64,000 bases of DNA from an uncultured bacterium (GCA_963780225.1 CAWAAX010000026.1:96001-160000), one strand, 5' to 3'; shown: positions 36,770 through 46,878, counted from the stretch's first letter. Numbers and translations: made by a program. Notes: generated by a model from the letters alone, not told the origin.

Positions 36770-38020
36770 ATGAATGAAACCCGGCAGAACATAAAAGCCA
36801 GGACGCTCCAGACCTTCTCGGCCCTGAAGCACCGGAACTTCCGGCTGTTCTGGACCGGGCAGTTCGTCTCGCTGATCGGCACCTGGATGCAGACCGTGGC
36901 CCAGGGCTGGCTGGTGCTGCAGCTGACCAATTCGGCCTTTCTGCTGGGCACGGTCAACGCCATCGGCTCGCTGCCGGTGCTGCTGTTCGCCCTGCCGGGC
37001 GGGGTCATCGCCGACCGGGTGAACAAGCGGCGGATACTGCTTTTCACCCAGACCGTGGCCATGATCCTGGCCTTCATCCTGGCGGCCCTCACCCACCTGC
37101 ACAACACCGGGGTCATCGTCCTCAAGGTCTGGTACGTGGTGGCCATCGCCGCCGTGGGCGGCACGGTCTTTGCCCTGGACGGCCCGGCCCGGCAGTCCTT
37201 TTTCATAGAACTGGTGGGCAAGAAGGATCTTTTAAACGCCATCGCCCTCAATTCCACCATCTTCAACGGGGCTCGGATCATGGGCCCGGCCCTGGCCGGG
37301 ATCCTGATCGGCGTCATCGGCACCGCGGGCTGCTTCTTCCTGAACGGCCTGAGCTTTGTGGCGGTGATCATCGGCCTTCTGATGATCCGGACCGACGTCC
37401 CGGTTTCCAAAAGATCCGATTCCCCCTGGGGCGACATGAAGCAGGGTCTGAAATATGTCTGGAACCACAAGACGGTAAGGGCCTTGATCCTGATAGTGGC
37501 GTTGTTCAGCATCTTCGGCATGCCCTATGTGGTGCTGATGCCCATCTTTGCCCGGGACATCCTGCAGAAGGGCGCCAGCGGGCTGGGCTTTTTGATGGCC
37601 GCCACCGGACTGGGGGCTTTGGCCGGATCGCTGACCCTGGCGGCCTTCAGCCAGATCCAGAGGAAAGGGACCCTGGTCTTCTGGGCCGGGATAGTTTTCT
37701 CCCTGACCACTTTGGCCTTTGCTTTTTCCCGCAATTACATCCTGTCCCTGGCCATCCTGCCGCTGGTGGGGCTTTCCATGGTCAGCCAGGTGGCCACGGT
37801 CAACACCATGATCCAGAGCACGGTCAGCGACCAGATGCGGGGCCGGGTGATGGGGGTGTTCACCATGATGTTCATGGGGATGATGCCATTCGGAAGCTTC
37901 ATCGCCGGGTCCATAGCCTCGCGCTGGGGCGCGCCCTTTGCCCTGCAGCTGGGGGCGGGGATCTGCTTTTGCGCCACCTTGGCGATCTACAAGCTGGTGC
38001 CGGACCTGTGGAAGATGTGA
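36770..38020 (+). CDS. MFS transporter (DUF894/EntS-like)
   Basis: About 12 TM helices; FRLFW.GQ..S..GTWMQ, GGVIADR..KRR and RGRV motifs. Confidence 0.9.
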   Translation: MNETRQNIKARTLQTFSALKHRNFRLFWTGQFVSLIGTWMQTVAQGWLVLQLTNSAFLLGTVNAIGSLPVLLFALPGGVIADRVNKRRILLFTQTVAMILAFILAALTHLHNTGVIVLKVWYVVAIAAVGGTVFALDGPARQSFFIELVGKKDLLNAIALNSTIFNGARIMGPALAGILIGVIGTAGCFFLNGLSFVAVIIGLLMIRTDVPVSKRSDSPWGDMKQGLKYVWNHKTVRALILIVALFSIFGMPYVVLMPIFARDILQKGASGLGFLMAATGLGALAGSLTLAAFSQIQRKGTLVFWAGIVFSLTTLAFAFSRNYILSLAILPLVGLSMVSQVATVNTMIQSTVSDQMRGRVMGVFTMMFMGMMPFGSFIAGSIASRWGAPFALQLGAGICFCATLAIYKLVPDLWKM

Positions 38021-38116
38021 TACCGGGGGAACGTTTTGCCACCCTTCGATACACTCAGGGTAAACTCCGACACGGAGACACAGAGGAGAAATATTTATAA
38101 TTAGATAGGACAGAAG

Positions 38117-38437
38117 ATGGAAGAACAGATCAAACCATTGTCCCAAGAAGAATGGCAGGACCTGAAGGACGAGCTTTTCGCCCTGCTGGATATTACCTAC
38201 GACTACAGCGCCAACGTGGCCACTTTGGAGCAGATCAGCGTCCGCAGGCAGAAGGAGGAGAGCGAGGCCCAGTACACCAAGCGCTCCCACGACGTCTACA
38301 ACAAGCGGTTCAAGGAGGTCAAGGCCAACAGCTACGACCGGGTGGTGAAGCTGGTGGGGTACGTCAAGCGGCTGGGCCTGCCGCAGGAGCTTTGGCCCAA
38401 GGAAATGGAAGTCGGCGGGGACAAACCTGGCAAGTAA
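38117..38437 (+). CDS. Hypothetical helical protein
   Basis: Host-like codon usage; AGGA RBS; sits in the operon. Confidence 0.65.
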   Translation: MEEQIKPLSQEEWQDLKDELFALLDITYDYSANVATLEQISVRRQKEESEAQYTKRSHDVYNKRFKEVKANSYDRVVKLVGYVKRLGLPQELWPKEMEVGGDKPGK

Positions 38438-38474
38438 TGATCTCTTCCCACTAAGATCACGAAAGATACCTACC

Positions 38475-38502
38475 GTAAGGGCAATTCATGAATTGCCCCA
38501 AC
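38475..38502. repeat. GTA(A)GGG-type REP palindrome
   Basis: GTAAGGGCAATTCATGAATTGCCCCAAC; relatives at 4312-4340, 6162-6226 (interrupted) and 40971-40998. Confidence 0.75.
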
Positions 38503-38518
38503 TATAATACGATACGAA

Positions 38519-39520
38519 ATGAAAAAACCAAAGATCACGATCATCTTCACCGGCGGGACAATCGCCATGAAAGCCAGCAAACAGAAGGGCGGGGCGGTGC
38601 CGGCCCTCAAGGGAAAAGACCTGTTGCGCCAGGTGCCGGAGATCGCCAGGATCGCCGCGGTCACGGTCCACGACTTCGGCCAGTACCCCGGCCCGCACAT
38701 GACCCCCCGGCTGATGCTGGAGCTTTCCCAGCTGGTCAAAAAACACCTGTCACAAAAGGACACGGACGGGGTGATAGTCACCCACGGCACCGACACCCTG
38801 GAGGAGACCGCCTTCTTTCTGGACCTGTGCCTCAATTCCCAGAAGCCGGTGGTGGTGGTGGGCGCCATGAAGGACTGCACCGAGCTGGGCTGGGACGGGC
38901 CCTCCAACCTGATGGGCGCGGTGCGCACAGCGCTGTCCCCGCAGTCAAAAGGCAAGGGGGTGCTGGTCTTTCTTAACAACACCATCAACTCGGCCGGCGA
39001 GGTCACCAAGACCAGCACCGACTCCTTCGAGACCTTCCGCAGCCCCGACCTCGGCCCCCTGGGCTGGGTGGACCAGGACCGGGTGCTTTTCTACCGCCAG
39101 CCGCTGTACCGGGAATATCACCCGGTCAAAAAGATCGAGTCCCGGGTGGACCTGTTCAAGATGGCGGTGGGCATGGACGACAGGCTGATCAGGTATTCTG
39201 TTGACTCCGGCGCCCGGGGCCTGGTGATAGAGGGCATGGGCCGGGGCAACGTGCCGCCTTCGGTGGTGCCGGGGATCGAGTACGCCGTCAAAAAAGGCCT
39301 GCCTGTGGTGCTATGCACCCGCTGCATCGGCGGCCGGGTGCTGGACACCTACGCCTACCCGGGCGGCGGGGCCCAGCTGAGAAAACTGGGCGTCATCCTG
39401 GGCGGGCACCTGCCGGGGCAGAAGGCCCGGATCAAGCTGATGATCCTGCTGGGGCAGGGCTTGGACAACAAAAAAATAAAACAGGCTTTCGAATGCCTGG
39501 AATACGGGTGCAGTAAATAA
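38519..39520 (+). CDS. ansA: L-asparaginase (cytoplasmic)
   Basis: TGGTIAM, HGTDTLEE, G.GNV and KARIKL motifs. Confidence 0.85.
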   Translation: MKKPKITIIFTGGTIAMKASKQKGGAVPALKGKDLLRQVPEIARIAAVTVHDFGQYPGPHMTPRLMLELSQLVKKHLSQKDTDGVIVTHGTDTLEETAFFLDLCLNSQKPVVVVGAMKDCTELGWDGPSNLMGAVRTALSPQSKGKGVLVFLNNTINSAGEVTKTSTDSFETFRSPDLGPLGWVDQDRVLFYRQPLYREYHPVKKIESRVDLFKMAVGMDDRLIRYSVDSGARGLVIEGMGRGNVPPSVVPGIEYAVKKGLPVVLCTRCIGGRVLDTYAYPGGGAQLRKLGVILGGHLPGQKARIKLMILLGQGLDNKKIKQAFECLEYGCSK

Positions 39521-39551
39521 CCAGCGCAAAACAACTTTATCCTGACTTTAA

Positions 39552-40955
39552 ATGAAAAATCATCTTACCCTGAATCCTGAGATCATAGGAAAGTTGAAGG
39601 CCATCGTCGGGGAGAAATACCTGATAACCCTGGACGACGACAAGGAGCCCTATTCCCACGACGAGACCCTGAACCACAAGTTCATGCCGGCGGCGGTGGT
39701 CAAGCCGGCCGGCACGGCGGAGGTCTCGGCCATAATGAAACTGGCCAGTTCCGAAAAGATCCCGGTCACTCCCCGGGGGGCCGGCACCGGGCTTTCCGGC
39801 GGGGCTTTGCCGGTGTGCGGGGGGATAGTGCTTTCCCTGGAACGGCTGAATAAGGTCATAGAGATAGACGAAGAGAACCTGATGGCCGTCACCCAGCCGG
39901 CGGTGATCACCCAGACACTGCAACTGGCGGCGGAGGAAAAAGGGTTGTTCTACCCGCCCGACCCGGCCAGCCTGGATTCCTGTTCCATCGGCGGCAACAT
40001 CGCCGAGAACGCAGGCGGGCCAAGGGCCTTCAAATACGGGGTCACCCGGCATTACCTGTGCGGGCTGGAGGTGGTCTGGCCCAACGGGGAAATATCGCGG
40101 CTGGGCGGCAAGACCATCAAGAACGTTTCGGGCTACGACCTGATGCACCTGATCTGCGGGTCAGAAGGCACGCTGGCCGTGGTCACCGAGATCACCCTGC
40201 GCCTGGTGCCCAAGCCGCCGCTGGCGGTGGACCTGATGATCCCCTTTTCCTCCATCGAGGACGCCGTGCGGGCCTGCACCGCGGTGATCAGGGGCCGGAT
40301 CATCCCGGCCACCATGGAATTCATGGACCAGAGGGCGGTGCTGGCGGCGGAAAAGTTCCTGGAAAAGCGGGCGCCGTTCCGGGAGGCCGGGGCGCATCTG
40401 TTGGTCCAACTGGACGGCGACGACCGCCAGGCGCTGACCGCCGATTACGAAAAGATAGGCAGGATAGTCTCGGACTTCGGGGCGCTGGACGTGCTGGTGG
40501 CCGAGGATCGGCCGTCGCGCGACCGGATCTGGGAGATGCGGCGCTGCATGGCCGACGCCCTGACCCAAATGAGCCCGGTGCGCGAGCGCGAGGACGTGGT
40601 GGTGCCCCGGGCCGCCATCCCGGAGCTGTTCCACAAGCTTAAGGGCCTGTCGGAAAAGCACGGGGCGGAGATCATCTCCTACGGCCACATCGGCGACGGC
40701 AACGTCCATGTCAACATCATGAAGCAGGGGATGGCCCCGGAGGTTTGGGAGCGGATGCTTCCCGTACTGCTGGATGAGATGTTCCGCGAGGTGATGGCGC
40801 TGGGCGGAACAATTTCCGGCGAGCACGGCATCGGATACGTCAAGAAGAAATACCTGCCGCTGGCGGTGAACGGCCCGGCCCTGGCCATGATGAAAGCGGT
40901 GAAGCAGGCCTGGGACCCGGAGGGGATATTGAACCCGGAGAAGATATTCCTGTAA
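39552..40955 (+). CDS. FAD-linked 2-hydroxyacid oxidoreductase (GlcD/LctD-like)
   Basis: PRGAGTGLSGG, PDPAS, GGNIAENAGG, GSEGTL, GH.GDGN.H and GEHGIG motifs. Confidence 0.85.
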   Translation: MKNHLTLNPEIIGKLKAIVGEKYLITLDDDKEPYSHDETLNHKFMPAAVVKPAGTAEVSAIMKLASSEKIPVTPRGAGTGLSGGALPVCGGIVLSLERLNKVIEIDEENLMAVTQPAVITQTLQLAAEEKGLFYPPDPASLDSCSIGGNIAENAGGPRAFKYGVTRHYLCGLEVVWPNGEISRLGGKTIKNVSGYDLMHLICGSEGTLAVVTEITLRLVPKPPLAVDLMIPFSSIEDAVRACTAVIRGRIIPATMEFMDQRAVLAAEKFLEKRAPFREAGAHLLVQLDGDDRQALTADYEKIGRIVSDFGALDVLVAEDRPSRDRIWEMRRCMADALTQMSPVREREDVVVPRAAIPELFHKLKGLSEKHGAEIISYGHIGDGNVHVNIMKQGMAPEVWERMLPVLLDEMFREVMALGGTISGEHGIGYVKKKYLPLAVNGPALAMMKAVKQAWDPEGILNPEKIFL

Positions 40956-40970
40956 GGTCATTCAATCAAT

Positions 40971-40998
40971 GTAGGGACACGGCATGCCGTGTCCCTAC
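40971..40998. repeat. 28-bp perfect GTAG REP-like palindrome
   Basis: GTAGGGACACGGCATGCCGTGTCCCTAC. Confidence 0.8.
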
Positions 40999-41013
40999 AA
41001 GTAAAAAGGAAAC

Positions 41014-41646
41014 ATGAAAGACAAGATAAAAATACCCGACTCGGCCATCCGGCGGCTGTCCCTGTACCACCGGCATCTGGCCAGCCTGCAGTCATTGGGC
41101 GTGGAGACCATCTCCTCGCGCGAGATCGCCACGGTCTACGGCCTGGCCCCGTTTCAGGTGCGCAAGGACCTTTCCTATTTCGGAACCTTCGGCCACCGGG
41201 GGCGGGGATACTCCATCATCAAGCTCAGGGAGAAGATCGGGAAGATCCTGGGGCTGGACCGGGCCTGGACGATGGCCCTGGTGGGGGCCGGCAACATCGG
41301 AATGGCGGTGTTCCGCTACCAGGAACTGCGTAGCCAGGGATTCAAGATCGCGGCGGTGTTCGACTCCGACCCCAAAAAGATCGGGAAGAAACTGGAGAGC
41401 GGAGTGGTGGTGAAGGCGCTGGACCAGATCCCGTCAGAGGTCCAAAAGCTGGGAATCGAACTGGGGGTGCTGGCGGTGCCGTCGGAGGCGGCCCAGGCAG
41501 CAGCCGATTCCCTGACGGCCGCCGGGGTCAAGGCCATACTATGCTTCCCCAGCGGGCAGATCAACGTTCCCAAGGACGTGGCGGTGAAGCGGGTGAACCT
41601 GGGTGTGGATCTGGAGACCCTGAGCTATTTTCTGGCAAACAGATAG
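41014..41646 (+). CDS. rex: Redox-sensing transcriptional repressor Rex
   Basis: IP...IRRL.LY, QVRKDLSYFG.FG.RG.GY, VGAGNIG and FD.DP motifs. Confidence 0.95.
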   Translation: MKDKIKIPDSAIRRLSLYHRHLASLQSLGVETISSREIATVYGLAPFQVRKDLSYFGTFGHRGRGYSIIKLREKIGKILGLDRAWTMALVGAGNIGMAVFRYQELRSQGFKIAAVFDSDPKKIGKKLESGVVVKALDQIPSEVQKLGIELGVLAVPSEAAQAAADSLTAAGVKAILCFPSGQINVPKDVAVKRVNLGVDLETLSYFLANR

Positions 41647-41783
41647 CGGAGCGAGACGCCGATCTTTATTAGGAACCCATGAAGCCATGAAAATTCCTGC
41701 ATTCCTGGCTTCCTTATAAAATTGCTTCAGGTTTCGGTAGAATAACATTTCACACATAATATACCATCGGAGATTTGTACATC

Positions 41784-43169
41784 ATGCAAAAGCACATCGT
41801 GGTGATCGGCGGGGGGCCGGCCGGGTACGTGGGGGCCATCCGGGCCGCCCAACTGGGGGCCAAGGTAACATTGATAGAAAAAGAGAACCTGGGCGGTACC
41901 TGTCTTAACGTGGGATGCATCCCCACCAAGGCTTTGCTGGCCTCGGCCGCGGTCTACAGCCATTTCAAATCGGCCGGGCAGTTCGGACTAAAGGCGGAAA
42001 ATATCGGCTTTGACTGGGGAGCCGTACAAAAGCGCAAGGAACGGGTGGTCAAAAAGTCCACCGCCGGGGTGGGACTGCTGCTTAAAGCCAGATCGGTGGA
42101 AGTGATCGCCGGGCAGGCCAAATTACTGGCCGGCAAAAAGGTTCAGGTCACGGATGCTTCCGGCAAACAGCAGACATTGGAGCCGGACATGATCCTGATC
42201 GCCACCGGCTCGGAGCCGGTAGCCTTGAACATTCCCGGAGCCGGCCTGCCCGGCGTGGTGGACAGCACTGGGGCATTGGCCTTTTCGGAAGTTCCTAAGG
42301 ACCTGGTGATCATCGGCGGCGGGGTGATAGGCTGCGAGATGGCCGACATCTATTCCACCTTCGGCTCCAAGGTCACCATCGTGGAGATGATGCCCCAGAT
42401 CCTTCCCGGCGAGGACGCCGAGGCGGCCAGGGTGCTGCACCAGGCGCTGGCCAAGCATGGGGTGGATATCCATCTGGAAGCCAAAGTGGAGGAGATCAGG
42501 CAGGCCGGGCCCGGCCTGGCGGTGATCGTTAAATTGAAAGACGGACAGACGCTGGAGATAACGGCCCAGAATGTTTTGATGAGCGTGGGGCGCCGGGCTT
42601 TCATCAAGGACATCGGCTTGGAGGAGGCCGGGGTAGCCATAGAAAGGAATTTTATTAAAATAGACGCCCGGATGGAGACCAGCGTCACAGATATTTATGC
42701 GGCCGGGGATTGCACCGGTGGCTGGCTTTTAGCCCACGTGGCCTCGGCCGAGGCCGAAGCGGCGGTGGAGAACATGCTGGGGCACAGCGCCGGGCTGGAT
42801 TATTCCGCCGTTCCCCGCTGCGTATACACCCACCCCGAGATCGCCTCGGTGGGGATCCTGGAGCGGCCGGAGAACAAGGATGATATCCTGGTAGGAAAAT
42901 TCCCCTTTTCGGCCAGCGGCAAGGCCGGCTGCCTGGGCCAGCCCGAGGGTTTTGTCAAGGTGATCGCCGACAAGCTGTCTCAAGAGATAATCGGCGGGGT
43001 TATTGCCGGGCCCCAGGCCACCGAACTGATCGCCGAACTGAGCCTGGCGGTAAGCTCCAAGCTGAAACTGGAGGAACTGATCGAGGCCATCCATGCCCAT
43101 CCCACCCTGCACGAATCGGTGCGGGAAGCGGCCCTGCAGGCCTTGGGCCGGGCCATACACCTGCCGTAA
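41784..43169 (+). CDS. lpdA: Dihydrolipoamide dehydrogenase
   Basis: GGGPAGY, GGTCLNVGCIPTK, GGGVIG.E and HAHPTLHE motifs. Confidence 0.93.
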   Translation: MQKHIVVIGGGPAGYVGAIRAAQLGAKVTLIEKENLGGTCLNVGCIPTKALLASAAVYSHFKSAGQFGLKAENIGFDWGAVQKRKERVVKKSTAGVGLLLKARSVEVIAGQAKLLAGKKVQVTDASGKQQTLEPDMILIATGSEPVALNIPGAGLPGVVDSTGALAFSEVPKDLVIIGGGVIGCEMADIYSTFGSKVTIVEMMPQILPGEDAEAARVLHQALAKHGVDIHLEAKVEEIRQAGPGLAVIVKLKDGQTLEITAQNVLMSVGRRAFIKDIGLEEAGVAIERNFIKIDARMETSVTDIYAAGDCTGGWLLAHVASAEAEAAVENMLGHSAGLDYSAVPRCVYTHPEIASVGILERPENKDDILVGKFPFSASGKAGCLGQPEGFVKVIADKLSQEIIGGVIAGPQATELIAELSLAVSSKLKLEELIEAIHAHPTLHESVREAALQALGRAIHLP

Positions 43170-43265
43170 GAAATATTTTACCACCAGATATTTATCCATC
43201 CCCGTCCCTACGGGGCTATAATTTACATCTCCCCCACAAACAGCAAATATTTTTCAAAAAATACC

Positions 43266-43294
43266 TTGACACCATCTGATTTTAGTATTATCAT
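43266..43294 (+). promoter_or_regulatory. Probable promoter upstream of a long leader and the diguanylate cyclase
   Basis: TTGACA-17nt-TATCAT. Confidence 0.6.
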
Positions 43295-43488
43295 AAATAC
43301 ATAACCTGATGGGATGAAAAACATAATGGCCTGTTTGTGATCACACTTTGCACAAAAAGAAACAGGAGAGCGGCGCGTAACACCACCTCGTCATCTGGAG
43401 TAAAAGAGACCGGGGCTTGAGCGGCTCTCCTGTTTTCTTTTTCCGGAGAACTTTTACTTGGTTTGCCTGTTTGTTATTTGTTTCAGTG

Positions 43489-43669
43489 GCCGGTGGTTTC
43501 TATGCATCGACTTTGCTCAGCACAGGTACGCCCCGCCGTCGGCTGAGTGGCTGGCATTTCGATGCGCTTAAACTACTTGGGCTGAGTTCATCGAAGCCCT
43601 CAATGTCCAGCCGTACTTGTGCTGAGTGTATCGAAGCATCGAAACCAGGCGGGGCACTCAACCACCGGC
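43489..43669. repeat. Nested (matryoshka) TTCGATAC/ACTCA elements
   Basis: Outer GCCGGTGGTT/AACCACCGGC and GCCCCGCC/GGCGGGGC stems enclose an inverted copy and three mini copies. Confidence 0.75.
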
Positions 43670-43743
43670 TATACTAAGACCGGGCATGCAGGCATGGTAA
43701 TGTTTCTCCAAGAAATGACCAACTTTCAAATTCCAAATCGCAA

Positions 43744-46700
43744 ATGTATCAGGACGACCAAAATAAAAAACGCCTGATCCGCCTAGCGGCCATTCACTTG
43801 TTGCTGGGCCTGGGCTTTCTTTTGTTTACCGAACTGGTCCTTCCCTGGATGGAGGACAATCCGGCCCGGTTGTTTCTGCTTTCTGGTCTCAGCTGGATGG
43901 TTTTTATTTCGGTAGCCTTTTTCTTGGTCTATCGCCATCTCAAGCGCCCGTTTCAGCCCGATCCGGACCATTTCTGGGATAAGAACCAGGAGATCAGCCT
44001 GCCGGCCCTCAAGCGGACGGTGGAGGACATGCAGCTGGGGGTGACCGTTTCCGATCTGACCGGAAAGATAATCTACGTCAACCCAGCCGAGGCTCGGATG
44101 CACGGGTATGACCAGCAGGAACTGATCGGCGATGACATCGGGCGTTTCGCTGCTCCGGAACAAAGACATCCCATGAGTTTGGACGAGCTTCAAAAGCTAA
44201 AACGCTGGAAACGCGAAAGCATCAATATCACCAAAGAGGGCAAGCAGTTTCCGGTGCTGTTGCTGTCCGACCTGATCCTTGACAGCCGGGGGCAGCCGGC
44301 CGCCATCGTTACCACCTGCCAGGATATCTCTGACCGCAAGCAGATCGAGCAGGAACTACAGGAAAACGAACAACAGTACCGCCAGCTGGTGGAGAGCGCC
44401 CACGAGATGATACTCAGTCTGTCTCCTTCCGGGCGCATTACTTTTGTCAACCAGGCCTGGCTGGCGGCCATGGGCTACAGCTGGAGCCAAAGCCAGAACA
44501 TGCCTTTTTGTGACACGGTGGACGCCGAGTCCAAGCAGATCTGCCGTCAGGCCTTTTCCCGGGTAATGACAGGCGTTACCTGGAATAATCTGGAAATCAC
44601 CTTTGTGGCTGCCGATGACCGGGAAATAGTGGCCGAGGGCAACCTGACCCCGCAGTATTATCAAGGCAAGGTTAAAGGAGCGCTGGGGGTTTTCCGGGAT
44701 ATCACCCAAAAGAAGGCGATAGAGGATCTGCTGCGGCGCAGCGAAAATCATTACCGGATGCTGATCAAGAACGTCAGCGACATGATAATAGTGCTGGACT
44801 CCGACGGCACCATCCGTTACCAGAGTCCCTCGGTGGAGGCCGTTACCGGTTTCCGGTTTCAGGAGAGCAAGGGACGGCCCGTCTTCGACTATATCCACCC
44901 CGATGATCTGCCGGCGGCGGAAAAATTGTTCAAGACCTACATTAAGCAGCCGGGCCCGGCTCCCGCTTTGGAGCTGAAGATCAAAAGCAAGCAGGGCCAG
45001 TGGATATTCGTGGAGGCTCTGGCCAACAACCTTTTAGGCGATCCGGCCATCAGCGGCATAGTGGTCAATGCCCGTGATATCACGGGCCGCCGCCGGATGG
45101 AACAGAAGATCCTGGAAAGCGAGGAGAAGCACCGCCGGCTGTTAAACAGTATCCAGTCCCCGGTACTGGCCCTAAAAAAGGACCTGACCATCTATTACTG
45201 CAACCAGGCCTACTCCGACTTCGTGGGCCGGCCGATCCTGGAATTGGAAGGCCGCAACCTGGCGGAACTTATTCCCTCGTTCAAAAACAACCAATCATAC
45301 GCCGCTTATCTTAAAGCCATTGAAACCGGGCAGGACCAGGTTGCCGAAGGTTTGGTCCGGGGCGTATATTTGAGAACTCGGATATTCTCCATGGACTGGG
45401 GGATACTTGACATCTCTGAGGATATTACCTCCCAGCAGGCGGCGGTGGAGTCGGTGAAATACAGCGAGGAACGGTTCCGGTTACTGGCCGACTCGGCGGC
45501 CGACGCTATCGTCAGCATCAATCAACGGGGCAAGATAATATTTTGGAACAAGGCGGCCGAAAATATCTTCGGGTACTCCTCCGCCCAGGCCTTGGGTCAG
45601 GATTCGGACATGCTGATCCCCGAGCGTTTTAGAGGTCTCCAGCAGAAGGGCTTTAAACAGTTGATTGTGGATAGCCCGGCCGGGAACCGGACGGAGTCCT
45701 TGGAACTATATTGCCTGCGCCGGGACGGACGGGAGATGCCTATGGAACTTGCGGTTTCGGCGGCTTCGGTGATGGGGCAGAATGTCTATACCGCAATAAT
45801 AAGGGATGTTACCGAGCGCCGGGATATCGAAAAACAGCTCAAGTTCCTGTCTTTCCATGACTCGCTGACCGGGCTTTATAACCGGGCTTATTTTGAGGAG
45901 GAGATGGAGCGTCTGTCCAAGGCCCGGCTGGATTCGGTGGGCCTGCTGATCAGCGATGTGGACGGCCTGAAGCTGGTCAACGACACTATGGGACACAAAA
46001 CCGGGGACGGCCTGCTGGTAGTGATAGCCGGGATCATCACCGATGCCTGCCGCCAGGGCGACGTGGTGGCCCGGATCGGCGGAGACGAATTCGCCGCCAT
46101 CCTGCCTAATTGTACCGTGGAAGCCATAGAACAGGTATGCTCCAGGATCCGCCAGGTCACCACGGAATACAACGGGAAAAATCCGGAGCTGCCGCTTAGC
46201 CTTTCATTGGGTTGGGCAGTACGGCCGGGCAAGGATTTGGACACCAACCGGCTTTTCCATACCGCCGACGATGAGATGTACCGGGAAAAGGTCAACAATC
46301 ATGATGTGATGGTCAAGAATTTCATCCAGGCTCTGCAGAAAAAAAACCTAAGCAGCGAGGAGCAGATCCTCCAATTGGGGGAATTGATGAAAGAACTGGC
46401 CCAGGCGGCCGGGCTGGGGGGGAATTCATTGGCGGAGATGGATCTGTTGGCCCGTTACCACGACATCGGCAACGTGCTGGTGGCTGACAATATTTTGTTG
46501 AAAGCCGGACACTTGAACCGGACCGAGGAAGATGAAATGAAACGGCACTGCGAGATCGGTTACCATATCGCGCTATCTACCCCCCATCTTATGGCGGTGG
46601 CCGAAAAGATACTTAAACACCACGAGCGCTGGGACGGAAAGGGATACCCCCAGGGGCTGAAGGGCCAGAAGATCCCGATAGAATCACGGATCCTGGCCCT

Positions 46701-46878
46701 GGCTGCGGCCTATAGTGCCATGCGCCAGAACCGGCCCCACGCCAAGGCCATGACCCATCAGCAGGCCTTGGAAGAAATAAAGAAGGAATCGGGTAAGCAG
46801 TTTGATCCGGAACTGGTAACCAAATTCCTGAAACTGGCTCACAAGTGGAAGGAACAGCTGGTGACCAAGACCGAGTGA
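43744..46878 (+). CDS. Membrane-anchored multi-PAS GGDEF / HD-GYP protein
   Basis: Two N-terminal TM helices; five PAS-like units ending in D(I/V)(S/T); DSLTGLYNR, GGDEF, HDIG and HHERWDGKGYP motifs. Confidence 0.9.
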   Translation: MYQDDQNKKRLIRLAAIHLLLGLGFLLFTELVLPWMEDNPARLFLLSGLSWMVFISVAFFLVYRHLKRPFQPDPDHFWDKNQEISLPALKRTVEDMQLGVTVSDLTGKIIYVNPAEARMHGYDQQELIGDDIGRFAAPEQRHPMSLDELQKLKRWKRESINITKEGKQFPVLLLSDLILDSRGQPAAIVTTCQDISDRKQIEQELQENEQQYRQLVESAHEMILSLSPSGRITFVNQAWLAAMGYSWSQSQNMPFCDTVDAESKQICRQAFSRVMTGVTWNNLEITFVAADDREIVAEGNLTPQYYQGKVKGALGVFRDITQKKAIEDLLRRSENHYRMLIKNVSDMIIVLDSDGTIRYQSPSVEAVTGFRFQESKGRPVFDYIHPDDLPAAEKLFKTYIKQPGPAPALELKIKSKQGQWIFVEALANNLLGDPAISGIVVNARDITGRRRMEQKILESEEKHRRLLNSIQSPVLALKKDLTIYYCNQAYSDFVGRPILELEGRNLAELIPSFKNNQSYAAYLKAIETGQDQVAEGLVRGVYLRTRIFSMDWGILDISEDITSQQAAVESVKYSEERFRLLADSAADAIVSINQRGKIIFWNKAAENIFGYSSAQALGQDSDMLIPERFRGLQQKGFKQLIVDSPAGNRTESLELYCLRRDGREMPMELAVSAASVMGQNVYTAIIRDVTERRDIEKQLKFLSFHDSLTGLYNRAYFEEEMERLSKARLDSVGLLISDVDGLKLVNDTMGHKTGDGLLVVIAGIITDACRQGDVVARIGGDEFAAILPNCTVEAIEQVCSRIRQVTTEYNGKNPELPLSLSLGWAVRPGKDLDTNRLFHTADDEMYREKVNNHDVMVKNFIQALQKKNLSSEEQILQLGELMKELAQAAGLGGNSLAEMDLLARYHDIGNVLVADNILLKAGHLNRTEEDEMKRHCEIGYHIALSTPHLMAVAEKILKHHERWDGKGYPQGLKGQKIPIESRILALAAAYSAMRQNRPHAKAMTHQQALEEIKKESGKQFDPELVTKFLKLAHKWKEQLVTKTE

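Noticed and set aside
43335..43355. Second Rex/CRP box
   Set aside because: Half-sites TTGTGA and GCACAA are 9 nt apart instead of 6.
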